From the NCBI RefSeq assembly GCF_006345805.1, contig NC_043001.1:88164001-88228000 (forward strand): a stretch of 64,000 nt of DNA. Reading direction: 5' to 3'. Under the pieces are notes generated by a model. It was not told where the DNA came from. It saw nothing but the letters and a program-made list of their open reading frames with translations, and did not search any database. Source of the DNA: Octopus sinensis. Taxonomy: Eukaryota. How positions within the stretch are numbered: position 1 is the first letter of the stretch; each line of letters opens with the position of its first letter. The position numbers and the translations under genes were made by a program. Positions 13,591 to 28,231 of this stretch are shown here, piece after piece.

Positions 13591-15323
13591 ACATTGATAA
13601 TGAAGAGGAGAGTGGAGATTAATTCACATCTAAAAATTTCTTATTTAAAAGTTTTCAACAGCTTATACATCTGACCTACATATGTTTCAACGATTCATCA
13701 CTCACAACTTTTTCAAAGTGAACTAATTCAAACAAGTGTCCTGCATTGGTATTCAGTTGAAGGTAATAGTATTACTATTTTTATTTGATGGACTGCTGGT
13801 CTTATAATCACCTCTGCTGGTATTACAATTGAAGCATGATTTTAAAAATGCTTACTCAGATTTCAATTAATTGTAGCAGTTTTGTTTACATGTTGCTGTA
13901 TGGAGTACATTATTTATTCAGAAGTATTTTATTTATTTTGGGCTTATATCCTCAATTAAGATTATTGTTATTATTATTATTAGTAGTATTAATATAAATA
14001 TCATTTATTATTATTATCATTATTGTAACTAGTATAATTACTTTAGATGATGAGTTGTGTTTATTTAAATTGTTTAAGTGTATATGTTCTCAAGTGCAGA
14101 CATCTTAGAGCCTTCCTGCCTTGTGTTTATAAGAGTAAAATTTGAAGTGAAAATTTGGAACATTTTTCTTCCACACAAAAGTTACATCTATTATCACCTA
14201 TTTTATAAGGTTTTGCCTTACTAATTATTTCCCAGCCAATCAAATATATTTTGTTACCAAATAAAATTACTAAGGCTAGTAATCTTCATTTTGTTCCTCT
14301 ATCTAAACAAATTGTCAATTCTTTGCTTAATATAACATGAGCTGGCTCCAATATAGAAGTACCTCCTATTCTCTGAGGGAACCTTACATCTGTATTCAAT
14401 ACATGTATACCTACAATTAGAGTTAAGTAGGCAAACCCTGTTCCTTGCACAATTGCACTTGATAGCTCCACTATTTCTATTAACAGTTTCCATTTCAGTT
14501 TCACTAGAGGTGATTTCTAAATTCTCCTGTCTATCTCCTAAGCTACTACGCTTTCCCACATATACAAAATTCTGAGTACTGTGTTTTTTAGGATTCAGAT
14601 CATCCACTTCCCTGCTAATGTGGGAGTTTGTTCAGGTAGCTTCTATTTTATTAGTTGTCAAGCCATAGTTCCTATCCTGATACCTTGTAGGGTTATTTAT
14701 GGTTTGTTCACTGATGTTGACATTATTACTATTTATTACTCTGGTTACTATTGTTGTTATTGTTTACATGGAAACTGTTTAATCTGCTAGCATTGTGTGC
14801 TGCTGTAATTTGTGCTAGATTTCTGCTATTAGAAAAGGCTAGTCTAATCCTATGTTAATCAAATATCCTACAGTATTTACTGTCTTTTGGAAAATGTTTA
14901 GCTAATCCCAAATAGAACAATTTAGGTATATTGGAAATTATTTATTTTCCAAAGGGATTATATACCACTCAATATTGCGAGAGGTATCTATGTTATTTTG
15001 GTATATATTTCAATATCTACCTAAGTTTTTCCTGAAAGTGTGTAATCTGTTTACCTGGTTTTCATTTCGACATTGAATTTGTTTACTATTATATTTGTCA
15101 GTTATTTGTGGAGTACTATTGGCAGAGCTTATGTATTAGTTGCTATCCCTATCTGAATGGGACCTCTTGGTAGGTCTATTCTTATCTAAGTCACTTAGCA
15201 CTTTATTTGGCACAACTTCATGCAAATTTCTGCTCTGCTTTTTGGTTCTAGGTACTCTATTGTTGTATTCTAATTGTATGGACTTTCTATCTTTAACTCC
15301 ACTCTCTTCTTCATTATCAATGT
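13591..15323 (-). mobile_element. Penelope-like element remnant (RT C-terminus plus GIY-YIG endonuclease), bounded by 27-nt inverted repeats
   Basis: RNIEWYIIPF..LAKHFPKDSKYCRIFD; CNCARNRVCLLNSNC..EYRCKV..YFYIGASS; WEIISKAKPYKIGDNRCNFCVEEK. Confidence 0.85.
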
Positions 15324-15545
15324 ATATGTATGTGCGTGTGTGTGTGTGTGTGTGTGTGTACACGTATTGATTGTCTGAAGATTTTCCAGCAAGAATGAAA
15401 CTATTAGTCAATAGAAGGCATTGAATTTTCCATCATATGCATACAATGAAATTGTTATTCTATAAATGTAGTGAATTCTGTCTTTGGAATAATCATACTA
15501 AGTACACTATACATGCACTTATATGAGTCTATGTATGTATGCATG

Positions 15546-15579
<34 letters not shown>

Positions 15580-16264
15580 TGTATGTATGTATGTATGTAT
15601 GTATGCATGTATGTATGTATGTATTATGTATGTATGTATGTATGTATGCATGCAAGTATGCATGTCTGTCTGTCTAACATTATGTGATGTGTGGAGATGA
15701 ATGTCCATTGTCCTGAAATGAGGATTCATTTGTTTGATCAACTGAATTACCTGCTCTTGAATTGATGCGTTAATGGTTGAGCATTCCACTGACACATGTA
15801 GCCTTGATATAATTCTCCAGCAGAATCTACATGGTACATATTTACAATCCTGCTGAGATTCTACATGGTTTCCATCTACTTAATTTCACTCAAAAGGTAT
15901 GGACCTGCCTGAGGTTCGAGATATATGTCCAAGATGTAGAGGGATCAAACCATGGACCTTGAGCTAGGGGAGTGAACCCTCTAAATCATTTGGCTATAGT
16001 TTCTACAATGTAATGTATAAAGTACATCTAACACTATATGATATACACACTACATATAATTATTCCAAATTGTGGTACAAGGCCAGCTATTTTTGATGGA
16101 CCCCCATCACTCAACTACTACTTATTTTATACACCCTAAACAGATGAAAGGCAAAGTGGAATTTGAACTTGAACATAAAGAGTCAGAAGAAACAGAGCTC
16201 AGCATTTTCTCTAGTGCTCTGATAATTCCACCAGCTTTTCCTCTTGCACTTCTTCTTTCGCCCT

Positions 16265-16545
16265 TTTCAAGCCTAGCCAGACTCATAGGCCCGGTTTCCC
16301 GGTTTCTGTGGCGTATGCGTTACCCCCAACTGGACAGGACACCAGTCCATCATAGCATTACTCAAGAAACAGGAAGAAAGAGTGAGAGAAAGTTGGGGCG
16401 AAAGAGTACAACAGGGGTCGCCAACACCCCCTGCTGGAGCCTCGTGGAGCTTTAGGTGTTTTCACTCAATAAATACACACAATGCCTGGCCTGGGAATCG
16501 AAACCGCAATCCTCTGCCCTAACCACTGGGCCATTGCACCTCCAC
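16265..16545 (-). mobile_element. tRNA-derived SINE family C with V-domain-like tail
   Basis: Shared head; gatggactggtgtcctgtccag segment. Confidence 0.85.
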
Positions 16546-16644
16546 CTTTTCCTCTTGCACACAACATAAAATGCTATGTAAAATGTAAAGTAAATTGATC
16601 CAATAGACTTTACACCATCATATGTTTAGCAAAACATCTAGCTG

Positions 16645-16709
<65 letters not shown>

Positions 16710-17039
16710 CTGTATGACTACATATTTGTGTGTATCTACAACTGTCTGTATGTTTGTATTTGTGTGCCTGTATGCCTCTGTCTCTGTGTTTGTGTGTTTG
16801 TATTTTTGCACGTCTCTGTGACTGTGTGTATTTTGTACTTGAGTCTTTGTATTTTTACGAGTCAGTATGCCTGTGTGATCTGTGTGCTTTTGTGCTTCTC
16901 TAACTGTGCGTATTTTATGTTTGTGTGCTTGTATGCTTGCGTCTCTGTGTATGTGCAGTCTCTGTCAGTGTCCATATGTCAGTATGCTTGTGTGTGTTTG
17001 TGGTGTGTGTACATATATGTATATGGATATATATTTTTT

Positions 17040-17265
17040 TACTACCCACAAGGGGCTAAACATAGAGGACAAACAAGGAAAGACAAAGGGGATTAAGTTG
17101 ATTACATCAACCCCAGTGCGTAACTGGTACTTAATTTATCAACCCCGAAAGGATGAAAGGTAAAGTCGACCTCGGCAGAATTTGAACTCAGAACGTAATG
17201 ACAGACGAAATACGACTACGCATTTCGTCTGGCGGGCTAACGTTTCTGCCCGCTCACTGCCTTCA
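17040..17265 (-). mobile_element. tRNA-derived SINE family B
   Basis: ggcagtgagcgggcagaaacgttagc head and gtcgactttacctttcatcctttcggggttgataaattaagtaccag core; other copies near 2520, 8040, 21850, 22080, 24600, 62545 and 62900. Confidence 0.85.
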
Positions 17266-18143
17266 TATGTGTATATGGATATAGCCTGAGTGTCTGTATG
17301 TTTGTGTAAGTCTCTATCTTTATGTTTGTGTCTCTATGTATGGATGTGGAATTTACAAGTGTATTCTTTTCTGTGTCTTTGTATGCATGTGTCTGTATTT
17401 ATATGTATGTATATATCTATATCCATATTTGTATATGTCCCTGTATGCATATGTATATCCTTGTGTATGTTAATTTCTTTTATGATGCTACTAGGAAAAT
17501 ATGTGTATTGTTGTTGCTATTGTTTAACCCAAGGTTAACTCCAGTTAAGTAGACTTTTACCAAAGACATTCCAATAGTGGACATCTCATCATTTTCAGAC
17601 TATGACAATAAGGTCAGGGACTTGAGTTCCAGATCTGGTAGTGAATTATGCCCTTGAGTAAGTCACTTCATTTCACATTGCTCCAGTCTCTTCAGCTGAA
17701 TGCAAGTACCAGCTGACTGCTGGTTACCTCTATGTTGTTAGATCAAAAAAAGGAAGGGCTGAGAAGGTGTCTATGTCTGATCATGACTACATAGACACCT
17801 AATGCATTTAGCAAAAGCATGGTACAAGCATTAGTGCATACTCACTTGCAAGTGATGGTTAAGTTTTAATGTTTTGCATCAAATTATCCATCATACCCAT
17901 TGCTTTCCCAAGACATGTAGAATGTGGTTTAAGGGATATTTGGTTACTATTTCAAGTAAGTCTAATGCCCAAATAAAGGTTAACTCAGTGGCTTATGGGA
18001 GAGATAATGATGTTGTAGATGTGTTCTGGGTTTTTGAATATAATTTTGGAGGAGTTCAAGAATCAGAGAGAGTTGAGGAATACATGATGGTAAGCAGTGC
18101 AAATGTGGAATTAATGGTAGCTTTGGGACAAGATAAAATAACA

Positions 18144-18375
18144 TTAATTCTTTTGATACCAACCCACCTGAGACCACTCCCACTGGCTCTATGATATAAA
18201 TTTCCTGTTTAAAGTGATCTAAATTAAAACCTTCCATCAAAATTTCATGTTAATTCAAGTTCCAAACGTCAGCTTCATAATGACGAAATTATTTTTCGAA
18301 ATTCTTCATTATTTTCAAAATCAATCAAAACAAAGGCAGCGAATTTCAAAAGAAATATGGTCACAAAAGGGTTAA
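18144..18375. mobile_element. piggyBac-type MITE
   Basis: TTAA-flanked termini ttaattcttttgatacc / ggtcacaaaagggttaa. Confidence 0.65.
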
Positions 18376-18399
18376 GTAGCTGGATTAAAGTAGTTTGTG

Positions 18400-19762
18400 G
18401 GGCAGGAGGGGAAGAGACAAAACCACCATCATCACCAGCATCATTATCATCATCAACACAACTGTTGCTAACATCAGCACCATCACAACCATCACAACCA
18501 CCATTGTCAATGCTACTGTCATCATCCACTTTACCACCACTACCATCATCAACACCACCACTTTACCCTCTGCGATCATTGCAGCTGCCAATAATACCCC
18601 CCCACCTTCAACATTGCCATCGTCATCATCTACACCACTAGTTTCACTAGCACTCACTGTCATCACCAACACTATCACTGCCATCACCACCATCATGACA
18701 GTCATCAACAATGCTACCACCACCACCACCACCACCACCACCACCACAACCACCATCAGCACTAAGACTACTACCATCACCACTACCACCACCACAACCA
18801 CCATCAGCACTAAGACCACTATCATCACCACCACAACTACAACCACAACCACCATCAGCATTAACACCACTACCACCACCACCACCACCACCACCACCAC
18901 CACCACCACCATTACCACCACCAACACCACCACCACAACCATTACCACCATCACCAATATCTCCCCCACCACCATCACTATCATCAACACCACCACCATC
19001 ACCAACATCACCACCATCACCACCACTACCACCAACACCAAACCACAACCATCAACACTACTACCACTATCAACACCACAACAATCTCTCTATAACCTTC
19101 ACCACCACCACCATCACCATTACCATCAACACCACAACCACTACCACCACCACCACTACCACCACCACCACCATCACCATTATCATCAACACCACCACCA
19201 CTACCACCACCACCACTACCACCACCACCACCACCACCACCAATACCAATCCTGCCACCATCTCCAACAATTTAGCCACATTATATACTAGCCCCCAACA
19301 GCCTAATGCTATAATACCATAACACCATAACCACTAACACCACCGCAATTACCAACAATATTAAAGCCACTAACGTCACTAACACCACCATCACCAACAC
19401 CAACACCAACACCACCACCACCACCACCACCACCACTACCACCACCACCACCACAATGTACCATTATATTTTGCTATGCATTGGCTTTTGTTCCCCTAAC
19501 TTCTATTTTGGAATCTCTAATCCAAAATAAGTGAAATGAACAAAGACATCAACTTCGACATCCTCCTCCTCCTCCGTATCATCGTGGTCGTCATCATCGT
19601 TAACACCCCCAGCTTATAATCTCCACGACGACCACCATCATCACCATGACAGTTACCCTCATTGTCGTCAACATAATTGTATAATGATGAAGATGAGGAG
19701 GACAAGGATAATGATGATGATCATCACCACCATCACCAACACTGCTACCAACAACACCACTC

Positions 19763-19807
<45 letters not shown>

Positions 19808-19830
19808 TGTCATCATCAACACTACAACCA
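18400..19830. repeat. Long degenerate (ACC/ATC)n trinucleotide low-complexity tract
   Basis: Direct inspection; several frames are open only because of base composition. Confidence 0.95.
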
Positions 19831-20176
19831 TCACCACGATCTACAACAGCTTTTTAACATTTCCTGATGAGCTATACTGCTCCAGAGTTCTGTATACAAT
19901 AAACTCATTATGTATGTGTGTGTGAATGTAGTTTACACGTACACACACACACACGCATACACACATACGTGTGCACACACACACACACACGCACACACAC
20001 GCATACACACATACGTGTGCACACACACACACACACACACTCATATTGTTTGGTAACATGTACCACATTTTCACTGATTGTTTTAGCATGCCTAATGCAA
20101 TTGCAAAGAGATGTAGACACCTTATCAAATCTGCTGCCCTATGATCCAGTAGCTCATCTAAGATGTGACAGCTGTG

Positions 20177-20249
<73 letters not shown>

Positions 20250-20714
20250 AGATGGAGAGTGGGGAAGGAGAGAGAGAACTGCATCAGCTGGTATTTATTT
20301 TCAGCAGAGTAAATTAGAGCAATATGACATGAAGTGCCTTGCTCAAAGGCACAATGTGCTGCCCAGTCCAAGAATGGAACCTAAAATATGATGACCATAA
20401 GCCACACACCCTACCCTCTTAACTGGGCTCAAATCTCATTTGCAAACCCATGAAAAACGAACCTCCACCAACAACTCTGCCTATATATCTGTGCACACTT
20501 TTCATATTGCGTATACCATAAGTTCTGCAAATCTAACAGAGGCCTCAAAATACATTTTCAGATTCACAAAGATCAGAACTTAACTGCAGCTCATGGTGGT
20601 CCAAATCAGAAACGTAATATATTGCCTGGTTTAAAAAGGCACATCAGACGTCATTATGGATCTAAGGTGTAAGTACAGGAGGTTGTCAGACTCTGCATAA
20701 GGAGTAGATAATCA

Positions 20715-20749
<35 letters not shown>

Positions 20750-20751
20750 TA

Positions 20752-21318
20752 CACTTGTGTCGGAAATTAATTAGCACTTCTCAAATTTCTACATTTTCTT
20801 ACATTTTCTTAATTTAATTAACTTATTATCAGAAATGAACTCGTTTTTAATCAAAAATTTATTAAAACATATCCCAGCACACCACATAATTGTTATTAAT
20901 CGTGAAATTTAGTCAATATCTTGTTGCTCCTCCTTTGGCAGCAATGACAGCTGCTACGCGGGTTGGCATGCTGTCTATGAGTGCCTGCAGGTACTGTGCA
21001 GGGATGGCCCCTCATGCAGCAAGAAGTGCCCCAAACAGCTCGTGTCGGTTCCTGTATTGCTGCACATTCAAATCCCTACCCAATCGACTCCAGAGGTTCT
21101 CAATAGGGTTCAGGTCAGGTGACTGGCCAGCACGTACTCCTCGCCACCAAAGAGGTATCCCGTACTATCTCAACGTACTTTGCTGCGTTGATGTTGCCTT
21201 CGACGGCATAGAGCCGCCCAACACCACTGTAGCTGAACGCCCCTCACACCATCAGACCACACCCACCATGCTTCATGGTGAGCAAATCAAGGGTGCTAAT
21301 TAATTTCTAACGGTAGTG
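20752..21318 (-). mobile_element. Internally deleted Tc1 element with both TIRs and TA target duplication
   Basis: TIRs cacttgtgtcggaaattaattagcac / gtgctaattaatttctaacggtagtg; PDLNPIENLW...IDSMPTRVAAVIAAKGGATRY. Confidence 0.9.
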
Positions 21319-21555
21319 TATATATATATATATATATATATAAAATAAGAAAATGGAGGAATAGATTCCTTTCAATCATCAACTTACAGATAATACAAAT
21401 TCATATAATTTATTAACTAATTAAATAGGAACATCCAAATCCAACAGAATAAAACAGAATAAAACAATATACATCAATAAGTAAGATTGGCAGTATATTG
21501 GATAAATGATATCCCATAGTGGGTTACACTCATAACCCCTATCTCACTTTGTACT

Positions 21556-21604
<49 letters not shown>

Positions 21605-22284
21605 ATATGTATGTATATATGCATATATTTATATATTATTTATATTATTATATGATCGAATGCCACGTATCCTTTTCCAAGTAAGTTTTATCTTAATAAT
21701 TACGATGCACACTTTTCTATCTTTACTATCTCTTCTCTGAACTCAGAACATAAAGACAGATGAAATACCGTTAAACATTTTGTCAGGCATACTAATGATT
21801 CTGCCAGCTCACCTCGTTAATGATAATGATGGTGATTTCAAATTTTGGTACCAGGCCAACAATTAAGGAGATGAGATAAGTCAATTACATCTACCCCAAT
21901 GCTCAACTGGTGCTTATTTCATCAACTCCAAAAGTATGAAAAGCAAAGTCAACCTTAGTGAAATTTGAACTCAGAATGTAAAGACAGATGAAATACCACT
22001 AAGCATTTTGCCCAGCATGCTAATGATTCTGCTAGCTCACCACCTTAAAGATAACAACAACAACAACAATAATAATAATGTAATCCTTTCTACTGTAGGC
22101 ACAAAGCCTGAAATTTGGGAGAGGAGATAGTCGATTACATTGACCTCCAGTAAACAACTAGCACTTATTTTATCAACCCTGAAAGGATGAAAGGAAAAGT
22201 CGACCTCGGTGGAATTCGAACTAAAAATGTAAAGACACACATATGTATATAAATCAATAAATCAGTTAGTCCATCTATCTCCTG

Positions 22285-22316
<32 letters not shown>

Positions 22317-22403
22317 GTCTATCTATCTATTTATCTTTATATATATATATATATATCCTCCTCCTCATCATCATCGTTTAACATCCATTTTCCATGCTAG
22401 CAT

Positions 22404-22443
<40 letters not shown>

Positions 22444-22551
22444 TAATAAGGGTAGAAATTGATATTAATCAATTTAAACCAGTGGCCTAGCATATTAAAA
22501 AAATCCAAAGATTAAAATATTTTTACATACAAAATTTATATACATATATAT

Positions 22552-22595
<44 letters not shown>

Positions 22596-22596
22596 G

Positions 22597-22632
<36 letters not shown>

Positions 22633-23649
22633 TGACATACAGATAGATAAGTTGATAAATATGTATATATAAATGTATGCATGCATGTGTATTTATGTTT
22701 ACATTTGCATCTTGCTTGTGTCAACAAAAGTAACGATGTATGGATGGTGCTGTTATAGTCAGTTCTCCTGTCAATGAATCCCCTGTTTGCTTCATGCCTT
22801 CAAAGCCATATGAAATAAAAGTTCCCTTACTTGAAGAACAAGTCGATTTTTCCATGCTTGCGTGGCTTGGATAAATATGTTATCGAGGGATTGTTTCACA
22901 GCTGATTGCCCTTCTTGTTGCTAAATCTTACCTGTATTTCAACTGAGGGATCTTGAAACATGGTTTCAAAGCTGTGGGGTGAGCAGATGAATTGATGACA
23001 AGATAACTGACAACAATAACAGCACTCATACGTTGCAACTTTCATAGAAACAAGCAAAATGTAAACAAACATGTGAACATGTGCATATACATGCATGAAC
23101 ACACATAAACACAAACATACACACACAAACACACACACATATGCACACAATGGTCTTCTTTTGGTTTCTGTTAGCCAAATCTACTCACAAGCTTTGGTTG
23201 CCCTGGGGCTACAGTAGAAGATACCTGTGCATATGTGCTATGAGGTAGGATTGAACCCTAACCATGTGGTTAAGAAGTGAACCTCTTAATCACACATTTC
23301 CATGCCTGTGTCTGTATATGTGTGTGTGTGTGTGAAGGCAAGTGGCCTAGTGGTTAGACTGTTGTACTCATGGTTGCTAGATCATGGGCTCAATTTCCAG
23401 ACTGGGTGGCACATTGTGTTCCTGAGCAAAACACTTCATTTCACATTGCTCCAGTCCCCACTATCGATCAGTGGGGAAAATGTTGGCTTTCTCACCTAAT
23501 AAGCGAGGAAGTATCATCACCACTAACATCATCATCGTCATCATTGTTGTCATTTAATATCCGTTTTCCATATTGGCAGGAGCTGGCAAGTTGGAGGGCT
23601 ACACCAGGCTCCAGTGTATGTGTATGAGAGAGAGAGAGTGAGTGAGTGT

Positions 23650-23810
23650 CAATGAAACAAAATCAGCCTTGAATGTTGTAGAGTCTGGTCTGCTCAAGAA
23701 CTTCATTATACTCAATATGGTTTTGCCAACATATGCACGAGATTGTTTGCAGCTTTCTCTGATGGAAATTGGCTAACTTTTTTCTGTCTTTTCTATTAAG
23801 CACCTAAAAT
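23650..23810 (-). mobile_element. Old RTE RT fragment
   Basis: KLANFHQRKLQTISCI..QNHI..EVLEQ resembles the RTE post-RT motif. Confidence 0.5.
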
Positions 23811-25267
23811 TCACATAGTACAAGACAGTTGTAAGAACAAATACTTTGTAAACCATCAACTTAGAGTGTTGTGATTACTTTGTAAAAAAAGACACTTTTG
23901 CACAGACTTCCAGAAGTAGGCAGAAGGTTAAGAAGTTTGCTTTCCAACCAAGTATTTTTAGGTTCAATCTTGCTGCATGGTACCTTGAATATAGTCTTCT
24001 ACTATTCCCCAAGACTGACTGGTAGTGGTGGTGGTGGTTGTGGTAGTAGTGGTAGTGTTGATAATGTTGAACACAGTGATGTTGATGATGATGGTGGTGG
24101 TAGTGATGATGATGACGATCATGACAAAAGTAGAAACAAGTACCTATGTTGCTTTTGGGCATAAATAATTTAAAATAATTCTATCAAGGATTATGAAATA
24201 TCTGTTTCTCTCCAGCTTTAGAAGATGTACTGACATTTAATCTGTGGTTCTTTAATGTCTGAGGTTATATTTTAGATGAAACAAAATACTAAATCATTCA
24301 TTGTGATGTTTCTCTATGAACAATATTCTCTGTTAATCCTCTATTAGTTGTTAATATGTGTAGGCTATTTAGACTGGCAGTTAATGAACTGTCCACATAC
24401 AACTGACCATGAGAGAAATAGTTTATTTCAGTTTTAAAACAGACTGTTTGAATCTTTTTGTGAACATATTCCTAACAAAATACCCAGCCTATATTTCAAT
24501 CAATTTTCAAAAAAAGTAATCAAAAACATTTGGAGGGATTTTATAAAATAACTAACGTCTTTGTTAAATTGGTGTTTGAAATAACAGTTTCTTATACAAA
24601 TGATCTTACTTCACATGTTCTGAGTTCAAATTCTGCTGGGATCAACATTGCCTTTCATCCTCTCAGAGTCAAAGAAATAAAGTACCAGTTAATCACAGAT
24701 TTATGTAAATGACTAGTTTTATCCTACCAAATTTCAGGCAATGTTTTCAGAGTAGAAAAAATTTAAATATAAATGCTTTTGAAACAAAGGTTTTGTTATG
24801 TAGAACCAGAGATATCAGATAATTTTATATCAAAATGTTTAAGTGACTGGTTTTGTATAGATAAAGACAAAACCTGTTAATTTTGAAAATAATAAAAAAT
24901 TTGGAAGAATTTAATGAGATAAATTTGTCATTGCAAAATAATGTCTGAAGAAAAAATTTCTTACATAAAATGGTTTTAATTTAGATATAAATGTTTTAAA
25001 ACAGAGGTTTTTGTACAATGAAACTAGAGATTTCATCTGCTCTGTTATCCAAAAGTGTAGGTGACTAACTTTGAACATGCCACGACAAGGACTGAAGGAA
25101 AATAATAACCTCTTGACTTATAAGGATCCTTATTGTTGATGCTCTGACTGGTTTTCTGTTCTGACATTGTTTGTTTTCTTGGACCCTTGCTACAACTGAT
25201 TACATCCAGTCAGGCAGTATTTTGCTTTTAGGAAGACATTTTTCTTCAGTCTTTGTATTGAATGGTT

Positions 25268-25592
25268 TGGTGGAGGCACATGGCCTAGTGGTTAGAGCAG
25301 TGGACTCGTGGTCGAGGGATCACGGGTTTGAATCTCAGACCGGGCGATGCGTATGTTTATGAGCGAAACACCTAAGCTCCACGCGGCTCCGGCAGAAGAT
25401 AATGGTGAACTTCTGCTGACTCTTTCGCCACAACTTTCTCTCACTCTTTCCTCCTGCATCTTACAGTTTACCTGTGATGGACCAGTGTCCTGTCCAGGTG
25501 GGGAACCTATATGCTGAGGAAACCAGGAAACCGGGAAACTGGGAAACCGGCCCTTATGAGCCAGGCATGGCTCGAGAAAGAACAAACAACAA
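25268..25592 (+). mobile_element. tRNA-derived SINE family C with V-domain-like tail
   Basis: gtggaggcacatggcctagtggttagagc head; cctgtgatggaccagtgtcctgtccagg. Confidence 0.85.
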
Positions 25593-25652
25593 AAACTGAA
25601 TGGTTCAGTTGAAAGAAAAGAAATAATTGTAGACATTTCAAATATAGTAGTG

Positions 25653-25838
25653 TAACCCTTTTCATACCAAAGTGGTCTGAGACCATGCTTATTTTAAAAT
25701 GAGCTAGATTAAATATTTCTATCAGAATTTCATGGTATATTCCAAACACCAGCTTAATAATAACAGTTTTTTTTTTTTTTTAAATATATTGAAATAAAGG
25801 CAGTGTATGTCAATAGAAATATAGTAATGAAAGGGTAA
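25653..25838. mobile_element. piggyBac-type MITE related to 18144-18375
   Basis: taacccttttcatacc ... agtaatgaaagggtaa termini. Confidence 0.55.
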
Positions 25839-27115
25839 TGAATGGCAATTTGCAGTGCCTGAGAAGACCTTCTCTTTTACTTGTTTCAGTCAGTAGATCG
25901 CAGCCATGTTAGGGCACTACCTTGAATAATTTTAGTTGACTAAACTGACCCCAGCATTTATTCTTTTCAAGCCTGGTACTTATTCTGTTGGTCTCTTTTG
26001 CTGAGCCCCTAAGTTATATTCAACTTATACCAGTATAGAAGGAAGATGTTAAATGGCAATAATGATGATGATGACAATATATTATAATCAAACAACATAT
26101 TACAAGCTATGGCATATAATTGTTCAGGATGTTACCATTGGTTTCACATCGAATATTGCTCTGAAACTGATGGTAGCATCCTTACCAGTTATATGGCATA
26201 ACTGATAAAAGATTGTTTGATGATATAAAATAATATATCTGCTCTTTTATTTATGTTGAGTATACTTTTATTTCTGACTTATGAACAACTATTGAATTTA
26301 CCAGCATACAAGTTGAATTTTTCACTAAAAAGGCAGGTCAACTCATACACCAAAATGACTTTGGAGAACCAAAAATTCCATGTAAAACACAGCAGGATTT
26401 GGAATGATAGTGATATTTCAATGTTTACACTACATGCTTACATCAATTTGTTTGCCAGAAAATATGGTAACTGATTGGGTATCTTGAGTTGTAGACGTAA
26501 TCTACTGTCTTGTTTATCATGATTTTGGATGTTTATCAGTGGAGTTTATTCCATTGCAAGCATTCAAGTTTTGTCTCTGGCTTAAGGGTATTTTACTCTC
26601 ATCCTCTCACTGCTCTTGGAGCCCCCTGGAAAAGTAAATGGTTTTGAGTGCTGCCCCTTTTTTTTTTAGTGCTGTCCCTCCTTCAATGACTAAGTGGTGA
26701 ATATATCAAAGATTTAATAATGCTTGTGTACAAAAATAAGAAAGTACATGTTTATAAAATATGAACACTGATTCTGAAAGGTGTGAGAAGGTTTATGGCA
26801 AATGAAGCAAATATACTCTGACAGATGTGTAATGTTAGTGTGCATGAGTGACAGTGCACAAAATGAACTGATGAATCAGATATAGCATGCAAGAAAGAAA
26901 GCAAGACTGCACTGATACAATACATGCATGTGATGAATATGGAAAGAGGTGGAAAGAAGTGGTGTAAAGTAATCTTTTATGAAGAAATTATTGCCGCATA
27001 TGGTGAGAAGCTGTGATAGTGAAAACCCATTCAGCCTATGCAAGCATAGAAAAATGGATGTAAAATGATGATGGTATTCATATACATACATGTGTATGTG
27101 GTGTGTATATTATGT

Positions 27116-27154
<39 letters not shown>

Positions 27155-28231
27155 ATGTGTGTGTGTGTGTGCGTGTGTGTGTGCACGCATGTGTGTGTGT
27201 ACATACACCCACTCATGCAAGAATGGCTGTGTGGTTAAGATGTTTTGCTACCATCCACATCGTTTCAGGTTCAGTCTCACTTCATGGCACCTTGGGCAAG
27301 TGTCTTATGCTATATCCTAGGAGTCAACCAATTCACTCACATAACTGTATACCATCCCACTTACGCACTCAAATTATACTAACAACTTCACACCTGATAA
27401 CTATTTCACTCATATAACCTTATATATACCCTTTTATATATACTCTCAGTTATATATTAACAACTTCACACCCTTAGCATTAGTTTACACACAATTTTAC
27501 TGCATCCTATTTTATATAGACTATGTGATGCACATCGGTTTGCATACATTAGTTAATGTGAAACATTTTATACACACTCTCAGACATCGTTTCAAAATTA
27601 AAAAAAAAAAAGCAGCCAAGTTACATCAATGAATGTTGCAAAATTCCTTGAAATATAACAGGTGTGCCTTTTGTCTTGCATTCCTGTCACCTGTGTATTA
27701 TTATAGTGCAAAGATTAACTTCACTATTTTAAACTCAGAAGAAATTTTTCTCCATAATCTTTACACACAGTATTTCTTACAAGACAATGGAGGATTTTAA
27801 GGTAAAAATAAATAGATAAAAATAAAGCAGAAAGAGAAAATTAATAATATTCCAATTGAAGAAAATGTTTGCAAGATAAAAGATAAATTTTAATACTGCT
27901 TTTCATTCAATCTGGGATTTGTGTGAAAATCCTTCCATTTACAAATAATTCACTATTGTCAGATTTGCTTGTTACTTGTAAATCTTATTGCAGTGCTTAG
28001 GCTGTGGTATTTGTTGTCAAGTGATGAGGTTGGTAGTGAGGTAGGTGTTGTTGTTGTTGATATTGTTGTTATTAATGATGTTGTTGTTGTTGCTGATGAA
28101 GGTAATTTTCTTAAATGATGCTGTTGATGTTGGTTTGCCACCAAGACAACGCTGATTGAGTAGTTCTGTGTATGAAGGTGTGCCAGACATGACCAGCCTA
28201 TCTTTTTTCATATCTGAGTCTACATTCTCTA

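Noticed and set aside
18395-19291. 298-aa Thr-rich/His-rich ORF and overlapping poly-Val, poly-Gly and poly-Pro ORFs (mucin-like)
   Set aside because: Several frames on both strands are open because ACC/ATC repeats lack stops; there is no signal peptide, splice support or codon structure
22930-22970. CAG|gtaaga donor with a possible 11- or 40-nt exon
   Set aside because: The pyrimidine tract is weak, the exon is frame-shifting, and the surrounding sequence looks like decayed repeat
24770-25070. ~220-bp-spaced partial direct duplication
   Set aside because: It is highly diverged and probably internal to an old repeat, with no further structure
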